From Delftia acidovorans NBRC 14950 (GTDB lineage: Bacteria > Pseudomonadota > Gammaproteobacteria > Burkholderiales > Burkholderiaceae_C), in the NCBI RefSeq assembly GCF_001598795.1, contig NZ_BCZP01000002.1:180001-212000 (forward strand): 32,000 nt of DNA, written 5' to 3'. A program made the position numbers and the translations under genes. Numbering within the stretch: position 1 is the stretch's first letter; the number at the start of each line of letters is the position of its first letter. Positions 8,250 to 18,414 of the stretch are shown piece by piece. The notes under the pieces were generated by a model. It was not told the origin of the DNA and did not search any database. It saw nothing but the letters and a program-made list of their open reading frames with translations.

Positions 8250-9179
8250 TCAAACGCGATCAATGATTTTGTCGCCGAACAGCCCCTGGGGCCGCACGAG
8301 CAGGAAGCACAGGGCAAGGCCGTAGGCGAACCAGGTCTCGATGCCGCCGCCGACCATGGGGCCGAGGTAGACCTCGGAGAGCTTCTCGCCCACGCCGATG
8401 ATCAGGCCGCCGATGATGGCGCCGGGCAGCGAGGTCAGGCCGCCCAGGATCACCACGGGCAGGGCCTTCAGGGCCACCAGCGACAGCGAGTACTGCACGC
8501 CCAGCTTGGAGCCCCAGATGATGCCCACCACCAGGGCCACGCCGCCGGCCACCGACCAGACGATGACCCAGATGCGCGACAGCGGAATGCCGATGGACTG
8601 GGCCGCCTGGTGGTCGTCGGCCACGGCGCGCAGCGCGCGGCCGGTCTTGGTCTTCTGGAAGAACACGCTGAGCGCGGCCACCAGCAGCGCGGCGATGCAG
8701 GCCGCATACAGGTCTTCCTGGCTCAGCAGCACGCCGCCCTCGAACAGGCCGTCGAGGATGAACATGGGGTCCTTGGGCATGCCCACGTTGATGCTGTAGA
8801 CGGCGCTGCCGAAGATCATCGGGCCCAGTCCGTCGAGCAGGTAGGCGATGCCCAGCGTGGCCATCAAGAGCGTGATGGGCTCCTGGTTGACCAGGTGGCG
8901 CAGTGCCAGCCGCTCGATCACCCAGGCCACGACCACCATGATGGCCAGCGACACGCAGATGGCCAGCAGGTTGGTGAACCAGCCCGGCTCCATGCCGATC
9001 CACTTCGGAATCCACTCGGAAAAGCGCGCCATGGCCAAGGCCGAGAACAGCACCATCGCGCCCTGGGCGAAGTTGAACACGCCCGAGGCCTTGAAGATCA
9101 GCACGAAGCCGATGGCGATCAGCGCGTACAGCGTGCCCACCATGAGGCCGCCGAACAAGGTTTCCAGAAAAAATCCCAT
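8250..9179 (-). CDS. HAAT-family ABC transporter permease (LivH-like)
   Basis: From ATG 9179 the product reads MGFFLETLFGGLMVGTLYALIAIGFVLIFKASGVFNFAQGAMVLF.., the typical LivH N-terminus. The upstream 9 codons of the track ORF overlap the livG-like stop region, so I excluded them. Confidence 0.9.
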   Translation of the reverse strand: MGFFLETLFGGLMVGTLYALIAIGFVLIFKASGVFNFAQGAMVLFSALAMARFSEWIPKWIGMEPGWFTNLLAICVSLAIMVVVAWVIERLALRHLVNQEPITLLMATLGIAYLLDGLGPMIFGSAVYSINVGMPKDPMFILDGLFEGGVLLSQEDLYAACIAALLVAALSVFFQKTKTGRALRAVADDHQAAQSIGIPLSRIWVIVWSVAGGVALVVGIIWGSKLGVQYSLSLVALKALPVVILGGLTSLPGAIIGGLIIGVGEKLSEVYLGPMVGGGIETWFAYGLALCFLLVRPQGLFGDKIIDRV

Positions 9180-9189
9180 GTCAGTCCCC

Positions 9190-9975
9190 TCAGTGGCTGG
9201 TGCCAAGGTAAGCGCGGATCACGTCTTCGTTCTGGCGCACCTCGTCGGGTGCGCCGTCACCGATCTTCTTGCCGTAGTCCAGCACCACGACGCGGTCGCT
9301 GATGTCCATGACCACGCCCATGTCGTGCTCGATCAGCACGATGGTGGAGCCGAACTCGTCGTTGACATCGAGGATGAAGCGGCACATGTCCTGCTTTTCC
9401 TCCACGTTCATGCCGGCCATGGGCTCGTCCAACAGCAGCACCTGCGGCTGCATGGCCAGGGCGCGGCCCAGGTCCACGCGCTTTTGCAGGCCGTAGGGCA
9501 ACTGGCCCACGGGGGTCTTGCGATAGGCCTGGATCTCCAGGAAGTCGATGATGTGCTCGACGAACTCGCGGTGGCGGATCTCCTCGCGCTGGGCCGGGCC
9601 CAGGCGCAGGGCCTGCATCAGGATGCCGCTTTTGATCTGCAGGTTGCGGCCGGTCATGATGTTGTCGATCACGCTCATGCCCTTGAACAGCGCCAGGTTC
9701 TGGAAGGTGCGCGCCACGCCCATCTCGGCCACCTGGCGGCTGTTCATGTGGCTGAAGGTCTTGCCCCGGAAGGTGATCGATCCCTCGGACGGCGTGTACA
9801 CGCCGTTGATGCAGTTGAGCATGGAGCTCTTGCCCGCGCCGTTGGGGCCGATGATGGAGCGGATCTCGTGCTCGCGCACATCGAACGAGATGTCCGTCAG
9901 CGCCTTCACCCCGCCGAAGCGCAGGCTGATGTTCTTGATGTCGAGGATGACATCGCCGATCTTCTTGTGGGTCAT
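9190..9975 (-). CDS. HAAT-family ABC transporter ATP-binding protein (LivG-like)
   Basis: The product carries Walker A GPNGAGKSS, LPYGLQKRVDLGRAL, and Walker B LLLDEPMAGM. A GGAG RBS lies upstream of ATG 9975. Confidence 0.9.
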   Translation of the reverse strand: MTHKKIGDVILDIKNISLRFGGVKALTDISFDVREHEIRSIIGPNGAGKSSMLNCINGVYTPSEGSITFRGKTFSHMNSRQVAEMGVARTFQNLALFKGMSVIDNIMTGRNLQIKSGILMQALRLGPAQREEIRHREFVEHIIDFLEIQAYRKTPVGQLPYGLQKRVDLGRALAMQPQVLLLDEPMAGMNVEEKQDMCRFILDVNDEFGSTIVLIEHDMGVVMDISDRVVVLDYGKKIGDGAPDEVRQNEDVIRAYLGTSH

Positions 9976-9989
9976 GTCAGCGGCTCCGG

Positions 9990-11927
<1,938 letters not shown>

Positions 11928-12246
11928 TCCATGTCCTTGGATGTTCGTGAATGGTGGCCGCATGGTGCAGATGCCCAGGCTGTGACCTACCGGCTTGGAC
12001 TGCATCCTAGGACTGGCTTTGACGCCGTGGTGTCTGTTTGACGACAATCCGCGGGAAACTCATCATCGGGAAAACGCGCCGTAACAAAAGGTGCCAAAAC
12101 GGTCTCATGTCCCGCTTGGGGGCTTGCGCATCCGGGAATGTGCGCGTGCCGCGGTCCTTCTGGAAATCCCGCTCACGCCAGCCACCGGGCTCGGGCAATG
12201 CTTGGGAGGTTTTGATGATTGATCCGCGCACCCTCGCCGCGACTCC

Positions 12247-12975
12247 ATGAGCCAAGAACTGTCACTGCACCAGCGCCGCCGCGCGCCCCGGCCCGAGGAA
12301 CTCGAAGGCATTCCCTGGCTGGCCGTCCTCCAGCCCGCCGAGCGCGAACGGGCCCAGAAGGCGCTGGTCGTCGGCGACGCCCAGCCCGGCGACTATGTCT
12401 GCCGCACCGGCCGCGCGCCCACCTACTGGTTCGGCGTGGTCGAAGGCCTGCTCAAGATGAACACCGACGGCGCCGATGGCGCCAGCATGACCCTGGCCGG
12501 CCTGCCCCCGGGCGGCTGGTTCGGCGAAGGCACGGCCGTCAAGCGCGAGCCCTACCGCTACAACGTGCAGGCCATACGCCGCAGCGTGGTCGGCGGCCTG
12601 CCGATCGAGACCTTCCACTGGCTGCTGGACCATTCCATCGGCTTCAACCGCTTCGTCATGAGCCAGCTCAACGAGCGCCTGGGCCAGTTCATCTCGGCCC
12701 GCGAAATCGACCGCCTCACCAACCCCGACCTGCGCGTGGCCCGCAGCCTGGCCGCGCTCTTTCACCCGCTGCTGTACCCGGGCGTGGGCGAGGTGCTGCG
12801 CATCACCCAGCAGGAGCTGGCCTACCTGGTGGGCCTGTCGCGCCAGCGCGTCAACGAGGCGCTGTCCGTGCTGCAGCGCGAAAACGCCATCGTCGTGGAG
12901 TACGGCGGCCTGCGCGTGCTCGACCTGGAAGCGCTGCGCAGCGGGCTGTTTGCGGCGGCGCGGCGGGCGGCCTGA
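12247..12975 (+). CDS. Crp/Fnr-family transcriptional regulator (effector domain plus C-terminal HTH; no FNR-type Cys cluster)
   Basis: The cNMP-binding-like beta-roll (..GDYVCRTGRAPTYWFGVVEGLLKM...GGWFGEGT..) is followed by the HTH ITQQELAYLVGLSRQRVNEALSVLQRENAI. It is divergent from the ligase/ABC block. Confidence 0.85.
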   Translation: MSQELSLHQRRRAPRPEELEGIPWLAVLQPAERERAQKALVVGDAQPGDYVCRTGRAPTYWFGVVEGLLKMNTDGADGASMTLAGLPPGGWFGEGTAVKREPYRYNVQAIRRSVVGGLPIETFHWLLDHSIGFNRFVMSQLNERLGQFISAREIDRLTNPDLRVARSLAALFHPLLYPGVGEVLRITQQELAYLVGLSRQRVNEALSVLQRENAIVVEYGGLRVLDLEALRSGLFAAARRAA

Positions 12976-13003
12976 CGCCGCCCGCTGCCACCCACTTGCG
13001 GCC

Positions 13004-14212
13004 TCAGATCACGCCTTCGCCCCGCAGCCTCTCCTGCTGCTGCGCATCCAGCCCCAACGCCGCATAGATGCGTGCATTGTCCTGGCCGGTGGCCGGGCCG
13101 CTGCGGGGCGAAGGGGCCTGGCGGCCCGTGAAGCGTGGCACGGGCGCGGGGGCGGTGAGGGGGCCCAGGTCGGGGTCGGGCAGGGTGATGAAGCTGCCGC
13201 GTGCCGCGAAATGCGGGTCCTGCAGCGCGTCCTCGGCCGAGCAGACCTTGCTGAACGGAATGTCGTGCGCGGCCAGCGCGGCCATGGCCTGGGCGCAGTC
13301 CAGGCCTGCGCACCATTGCACGATTTGCGCATCCAGTGCCTGCAGGTGGCGTATGCGCGCGGCGTTGTCCGCAAAGCGCGGGTCGGCGGCCAGGTCGGCG
13401 CGGTCCATGGCCTGGCACAGGCGCGTGAAGATGGTGTCGCCCGTGGCGACCACGGTGAGCCAGGCGCCGTCGCGCGTGCGGTAGACGTTGGAGGGCGCCG
13501 TGTAGCCCGCGCACGATCCCGTGCGGCTGCGTGCCTGTCCGCCCAGCTGGTACTCGGCCGCCAGAGGGTCCAGCAGGCGCAGCATGGCTTCGGTGGCCGA
13601 CAGGTCGATCTCCACGCCGCGCTGTTCGCCGGGCGGCTGCGCGTTGCGCTCGGCCAGTGCGGCCGCGATGGAGAAGGCGCCGAACAGGCCGGCCACGGCA
13701 TCGCCCAGCGGGTAGTTCATGTGCTGGGGCGGGCCGTCCGCCTCGCCCGTGAGGTGGGCGAAGCCGCTCATGGCCTCGAAGATGCGCGCAAAGCCCGGCC
13801 GGCGCGCATAGGGGCCGGTCTGGCCGAAGCCCGTCAGGCGCAGCACGATGAGGCGCGGGTTGCGGGCATGCAAGGTGGCCAGGTCCAGCCCCCAGCGGTC
13901 CAGCGTGCCGGTGCGGAAGTTCTCCACGAGCACGTCGAAATCCTCGATCAGCCGCAGGAACAGCGTGCGGCCTTCGGCCTTGCGCACATCGAGCGAGATG
14001 CCCTGCTTGCCCCGGTTGGCGGTTTTCCAGAACACGGCGTGGCCGTCGTGCACGGGGGCCAGGCTGCGCAGCGTGTCGCCGCCGTCGGGCAGCTCCAGCT
14101 TGACGACGTCGGCGCCCAGGTCGCCGCACAGGGTGGCCGAGAAGGGGGCGGCCAGCACCGTGGCCATGTCGAGGATGCGTACACCCTCCAGCGGATAGCC
14201 TTGGCGCTGCAT
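13004..14212 (-). CDS. Family III CoA-transferase (CaiB/BaiF-type)
   Basis: From ATG 14212 the product reads MQRQGYPLEGVRILDMATVLAAPFSATLCGDLGADVVKLE...VENFRTGTLDRWGL.. The start overlaps the upstream stop in an ATGA-type junction. The longer track ORF 13004..15148 is a read-through artefact. Confidence 0.9.
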   Translation of the reverse strand: MQRQGYPLEGVRILDMATVLAAPFSATLCGDLGADVVKLELPDGGDTLRSLAPVHDGHAVFWKTANRGKQGISLDVRKAEGRTLFLRLIEDFDVLVENFRTGTLDRWGLDLATLHARNPRLIVLRLTGFGQTGPYARRPGFARIFEAMSGFAHLTGEADGPPQHMNYPLGDAVAGLFGAFSIAAALAERNAQPPGEQRGVEIDLSATEAMLRLLDPLAAEYQLGGQARSRTGSCAGYTAPSNVYRTRDGAWLTVVATGDTIFTRLCQAMDRADLAADPRFADNAARIRHLQALDAQIVQWCAGLDCAQAMAALAAHDIPFSKVCSAEDALQDPHFAARGSFITLPDPDLGPLTAPAPVPRFTGRQAPSPRSGPATGQDNARIYAALGLDAQQQERLRGEGVI

Positions 14213-15204
14213 CAGTTGCCTTTCAGGTCCACGTTCTTCAGCACGGGCTCCCAGGCGCGGCGGTCTTCGGCCACGCGCTTGTGGAAGTCCGCCGTCTGCG
14301 TGGGCAGCGGCGTGGCACCCAGGCGCGCCAGCTTGTCGCGTGTCTCGGGCAAGGCCTTGGCCAGCGCCTGGTTGAGCGTGGCCACGATCTGCTTCGGCGT
14401 GCCCTTGGGCGCGGCCAGGCCCACCCACAGGCCGGTGTCCAGGCCGGTCACGCCCAGCTCGGCAAAGGTGGGAATGTCGGGCGCTGCGGGCGAGCGGCTC
14501 TTGCCGGTCTGCGCCAGGATGCGGATCTGCCCGCCCTGCATGTAGGGCAGGGTGCCGCCCAGGTTGTTGCACATCACCGGGATGTGGCCGGCCATGAGGT
14601 CGTTCACGGCCGGGGCGTTGCCCTTGTAGGGCAGGTGCTGCATCTTGGTGCCGAGCCGGTGGTTGACCATCTCGCAGACCAGGTGCGAGGGCGTGGCCGT
14701 GCCGGCTGAGCCGAAGGACAGCGTGCCGGGCCTGGCCTTGTCGGCCGCCACCAATTCGGCCAGCGTGCGGTAGGGGGTCTTGGCGTTGACGGCGATGACG
14801 TTGGGCAGGTCCGCCACCAGGCCGATGTACTCGTAGTCGGTCAGCGGATTCCACTTGAGGTTGGCGTGCACATGGGGCAGGAAGACATTGCTCAGCCCTG
14901 CCATGAGCAGGGTGTAGCCATCGGGCGCGGCGCGGGCCACGAGTTCCGAGCCGACCAGGCTGCCCGCGCCCGGCTTGTTCTCCACCACCACCGGCTGGCC
15001 CAGGGCCTGGCCCAGTTCCACCGACAGCGCCCGGGCCACGAGGTCGGTGCTGCCGCCTGCGGGAAAGGGAACGATCACGCGCACGGGCCGATCGGGAAAA
15101 GTCGCCTGGGCCGCCTGTGCCGCCTGGGCCGCCTGCGCGCAGGCACACAGCGCAGCCAGCAGGCCCAGGGTGGCCAGGTGCTTCGGGGTGAGGGGGGATG
15201 TCAT
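14212..15204 (-). CDS. Bug/TctC-family substrate-binding protein (periplasmic)
   Basis: From ATG 15204 the product reads MTSPLTPKHLATLGLLAALCACAQAAQAAQAAQATFPDRPVRVIVPFPAGGSTDLVAR...LPYKGNAPAVNDLMAGHIPVMCNN.. A GGAGGC RBS lies upstream. Confidence 0.9.
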   Translation of the reverse strand: MTSPLTPKHLATLGLLAALCACAQAAQAAQAAQATFPDRPVRVIVPFPAGGSTDLVARALSVELGQALGQPVVVENKPGAGSLVGSELVARAAPDGYTLLMAGLSNVFLPHVHANLKWNPLTDYEYIGLVADLPNVIAVNAKTPYRTLAELVAADKARPGTLSFGSAGTATPSHLVCEMVNHRLGTKMQHLPYKGNAPAVNDLMAGHIPVMCNNLGGTLPYMQGGQIRILAQTGKSRSPAAPDIPTFAELGVTGLDTGLWVGLAAPKGTPKQIVATLNQALAKALPETRDKLARLGATPLPTQTADFHKRVAEDRRAWEPVLKNVDLKGN

Positions 15205-15217
15205 GGGGCCTCCGGTG

Positions 15218-16387
15218 TCAGGCGCTCTCGCGCAGCATGAGCTTGGCGATGTTGAGCTGGTGGATCTGGCTGGTGCCTTCGTAGAGGCGGAACAGGCGCA
15301 CGTCGCGGAAGTAGCGCTCGATGGGGCTGAAGTCGGCCACATAGCCTGCGCCGCCGAACATCTGCACCGCGCGGTCGGCCACGCGGCCGCACATCTCGGA
15401 GGCGAAGTACTTGCACATGGAGGCGGACAGCGCCACGTCCTCGCCCCGGTCGCGGGCGCGGGCGGCCTCCAGGATCATGGATTGCGCCGCGAAGATCTCG
15501 GTGCGGCTGTCGGCCAGCATGGCCTGCACCAGCTGGAAGTTCGCCACCGGCTGGCCGAACTGCTCGCGCTGGCGCACATGGGCCAGCGCCAGGTCCAGCA
15601 TGCGGATCGCCGGTCCCGTGCACAGCGCTGCCAGGTGCAGGCGCTGCTTGTTGAGCACCTTCATCACGGTCTTGAAGCCCTGGCCCTCGCGCCCGCCGAT
15701 GATCTGGTCGGCCGGCACGCGGCAGTCCTGGAAATGCACGTCGGACACGGGCGAGCCCGCCTGGCCCATCTTGCGATAGGGCTGGCCCGTCACCAGGCCC
15801 GGCGAGCGCTCCACGAAGAAGGCCGTCAGCCCCTCGCTGCCCGTGCTGCCTTCGCCGGTGCGGGCGATGACGGTGAAGACATCGGCCAGCGGCGCATTGG
15901 TGATGAAGCGCTTGCTGCCGGTGAGCACATAGTGGTCGCCGTCGCGGCGCGCCGTGGTCTGGATGTTGCTCGCCTCCGAGCCCGCGTCCGGCTCGGTCAG
16001 CGCCAGGCAACCCGTGAGCTCGCCGCGCGCCATGCGCGGCAGCCAGCGCTGCTTTTGCGCCTCGGTGCCGTCGGCCACCAGGGCTTCCGAGCCAATGCCG
16101 GTGTTGGTGCCCACGCGGGCCCGCAGCGCCACCGAGGCCTGGGACAGCTCGAAGGCGCAACGCACCAGCTCCTCGGTGCTCAGGCCCAGGCCGCCATGGG
16201 CCTGGGGAATGCTCCAGCCGAAATAGCCCTTGTCGCGCAGCTCCTGGACCACGGCGGGCGGGATCTCGTCATCGTGCTCGATCTGCTCTTCGAGCGGATG
16301 CCAGCGGTGGCGCACGAAATGGCGGATGTCTGCGATCAACGCCTGCAGGCGGGCGTCGGCGGGATGGGGGGTGGGGGCTTGGCTCAT
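15218..16387 (-). CDS. Acyl-CoA dehydrogenase
   Basis: The product shows the ACAD fold signatures (..CLALTEPDAGSE.., ..FITNAPLADVF.., ..QFGQPVANFQLVQ.., ..GGAGYVADFPIERYFRD-like C-terminus). I chose the ATG at 16387; the track ORF begins 9 codons further upstream. Confidence 0.9.
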   Translation of the reverse strand: MSQAPTPHPADARLQALIADIRHFVRHRWHPLEEQIEHDDEIPPAVVQELRDKGYFGWSIPQAHGGLGLSTEELVRCAFELSQASVALRARVGTNTGIGSEALVADGTEAQKQRWLPRMARGELTGCLALTEPDAGSEASNIQTTARRDGDHYVLTGSKRFITNAPLADVFTVIARTGEGSTGSEGLTAFFVERSPGLVTGQPYRKMGQAGSPVSDVHFQDCRVPADQIIGGREGQGFKTVMKVLNKQRLHLAALCTGPAIRMLDLALAHVRQREQFGQPVANFQLVQAMLADSRTEIFAAQSMILEAARARDRGEDVALSASMCKYFASEMCGRVADRAVQMFGGAGYVADFSPIERYFRDVRLFRLYEGTSQIHQLNIAKLMLRESA

Positions 16388-16423
16388 GGGCCGCACTGTA
16401 GGAAGCGCGGGCACCAGGGCTGC

Positions 16424-16452
16424 AATGCAGTTTCAAATATTGAAATGCAGTT
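16424..16452. promoter_or_regulatory. Candidate IclR operator: AATGCAGTT direct repeat flanking a TTCAA-ATA-TTGAA dyad
   Basis: AATGCAGTT occurs at 16424-16432 and at 16444-16452, a 20-bp spacing. The inverted repeat TTCAA/TTGAA lies at 16432-16444. This is the only AT-rich patch in the acyl-CoA dehydrogenase/IclR divergent region. Confidence 0.3.
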
Positions 16453-17311
16453 GCGGCTTTGTGGTCGTGGTCCGCACAATCGCCACGTGCCCCACACCCC
16501 CATTGCCCACCAACCCAGGGACTCGCAGGATGTCTGCCGCATCCGCGAGCAGGACCCGTATTTCGCGGGCACGCTGGCCAAGGGGCTGATGATTCTCCAG
16601 TGCTTCGTCAGCGACCCGCGCCCGCATGCCAACAGCGAGCTGGCCCGCCGCCTGGGCCTGCCGCGCCCCACCGTGTCCAGGCTGTGCCGCAGCCTGCAGA
16701 CCATGGGCTACCTGGACCATGACGAGCGGCTGGACCGCTACTTCGTCGGCCCGGCCGCCGTCGCCCTGGGCTACCCCTATGTGATCAATACGCCCTTGCT
16801 CGGCCCGCTGCGCCTGCCCATGCAGGCGCTGGCCGACCGTGTGAAGGGGGCGGTGTCGGTGGGCGTGGTCATGGACCTGGATGTGGTCTATCTGGATACC
16901 TGCGCCTGGGAGGGCGGCACGCTCAAGCGACCCGGCGTGGGCGCCGTGCGCGGCGTGCTGGAAACGGCCATGGGCCGGGCAGGGCTGGCCCAGCTCGATG
17001 CCGGGGAACTGCAGCGCTTCCTGGACCGCGTGCGCAGCCAGCGGCCCGAGGAATACGCGCGCTGCATGGACAACGCCAGCGAAAGCCTGGCGCACTATGC
17101 CGCCCGGGGCTTCGCGGTCAACATGGGCGACTCCGGCCTGGGCGTGTGCGCCGTGGGTGCGGCCTCGCGCATCCGCTACGGGTCGCGCCGGCTGCTGTTC
17201 AACTGCGCCGTGCCGGGCCTGCGCATGCCGGCCCGCACGCTGATCCGGGATGTGGGCCCCCAGTTGGCGCAGTTGGTGGCCCTGTGCGACCGGCTGCCCG
17301 TGGACCGCTGA
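16445..17311 (+). CDS. IclR-family transcriptional regulator (PcaR-like N-terminus)
   Basis: This is the C-terminal part of the artefactual ORF 14975..17311. It reads ..DPYFAGTLAKGLMILQCFVSDPRPHANSELARRLGLPRPTVSRLCRSLQTMGYLDHD.. (wHTH) followed by an IclR effector domain. The start could be ATG 16445 or GTG 16487; neither has a clear SD. Confidence 0.8.
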   Translation: MQLRLCGRGPHNRHVPHTPIAHQPRDSQDVCRIREQDPYFAGTLAKGLMILQCFVSDPRPHANSELARRLGLPRPTVSRLCRSLQTMGYLDHDERLDRYFVGPAAVALGYPYVINTPLLGPLRLPMQALADRVKGAVSVGVVMDLDVVYLDTCAWEGGTLKRPGVGAVRGVLETAMGRAGLAQLDAGELQRFLDRVRSQRPEEYARCMDNASESLAHYAARGFAVNMGDSGLGVCAVGAASRIRYGSRRLLFNCAVPGLRMPARTLIRDVGPQLAQLVALCDRLPVDR

Positions 17312-17328
17312 TCTGCGGGCCTGGCGCT

Positions 17329-17868
17329 TCAGAAGGCGGCCAGCACGATGCCGATGGCCAGCAGCACGCCGAAGGAGATCCAGCCGTTCTTCTGGTCCAG
17401 GCCGCCGATCTGGCGCAGCGCCTCTTCGCGCGCAGCGCCCACCAGGCCCCTCTGGTTGATCTGCTGTATGCGCGTGACCAGCCATTGCAGGTAGGTGCGC
17501 TTGACCGTGAACGAGATGGCCACCGCGATGCCGAGCACGCGCCCGGCGCCGCCCGTGCCGGGCATCAGCAGATTGATGATCAACAGGGTGATGAAGGCCA
17601 CCACGGCATAGGCGTAGACGCGGCGCGCAATGGCCCAGGAAACGCCCATGAAGGGAATGGCGGTCCAGCAGGGACTCATGGATGCGAAAAAGCCCTTTTT
17701 CCCGCTGACCATGCGCTCCCACAGTGGCCGGTATTTTTCAGCATTCGGGCCGATGGCGGTCTCCATATCGGACCACTCGATTCCAGTCAAGTCCGGCTTG
17801 GTGATAAGCAGCGCCTTGAATTGTTCTTTCAATGGAGTGGAATTCGATAGGTTGGGTGTATCGCTCAT
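17329..17868 (-). CDS. DUF2628-like small membrane protein
   Basis: From ATG 17868 (AAGGAA RBS) the product reads MSDTPNLSNSTPLKEQFKALLITKPDLTGIEW...KYRPLWERMVSGKKGFFASMSPCWTAIPFMGVSWAIARRVYAYAVVAFITLLI.. The pattern resembles DUF2628, and there is an additional C-terminal TM segment. The family call is from memory of the motif and is not verified. Confidence 0.6.
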   Translation of the reverse strand: MSDTPNLSNSTPLKEQFKALLITKPDLTGIEWSDMETAIGPNAEKYRPLWERMVSGKKGFFASMSPCWTAIPFMGVSWAIARRVYAYAVVAFITLLIINLLMPGTGGAGRVLGIAVAISFTVKRTYLQWLVTRIQQINQRGLVGAAREEALRQIGGLDQKNGWISFGVLLAIGIVLAAF

Positions 17869-18414
17869 GGTTTTCCTTGTTGAATGAGGCGGGAGTCCGG
17901 GCGGGATGGTCTGGATACCGCAGCAGGCGCTGCGCGAAGGGCTGTTGTCTCGAAAGAGCCCCCCGTTTCTGGACGGGCGCCATTCTATGGGGAGATGTAT
18001 GGGCAATGGCAAGCCCAATGGGTTGATTCGCAATCGTCAATGAATGAAATCGCTCAAATAAAATACAGTTTTTTACATATCGCATGCCGTGCATTGCAAG
18101 ATCCCAATCGGCCGGATTGAAGATGTTTTGCCGATGTGATTCGCTTCTTGTCGATTTTTCATTGAGGATTCATCCGGTTGTGCATATCGTGCCGGATACA
18201 GCGATCGGGATGGGTCGGCCGCCAGGCGGATTGCATGGGGCATGAATGTGTGGTGCGGAACATGGCGAGCCCGCCGGGGCGCAGGGCCGGGCGGCGGAGC
18301 TGGCAAGGGGGCCCTGGCGGCCTGCACGCAGGCCGCCCGATAGCCGAGCGCAATGCCCGTATTGGCCGCAGGGCGCAGCCGCTGCGGGCCTTGCCGCGCG
18401 ACAATGGCGGTCTA

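Noticed and set aside
11928-12246. A search for a Crp/Fnr-type palindrome (TGTGA-N6-TCACA or TTGAT-N4-ATCAA) in the ligase/Crp divergent region. I noticed a TTTGACG direct repeat at 12018-12024 and 12037-12043 and a TTGATGATTGATC stretch near 12213.
   Set aside because: No convincing inverted repeat of the expected geometry is present. The direct repeat is short and could be chance. It is not reported as a site.
12038-12250. A 70-aa ORF in the same intergenic region.
   Set aside because: It has no RBS. Its composition is atypical for this genome's genes. It ends inside the Crp-family gene start region.
14975-16444. The N-terminal 490 codons of the 778-aa plus-strand ORF 14975..17311.
   Set aside because: This part is antisense to the well-supported Bug and acyl-CoA dehydrogenase genes. 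Only the IclR portion from about 16445 has a recognisable fold signature.
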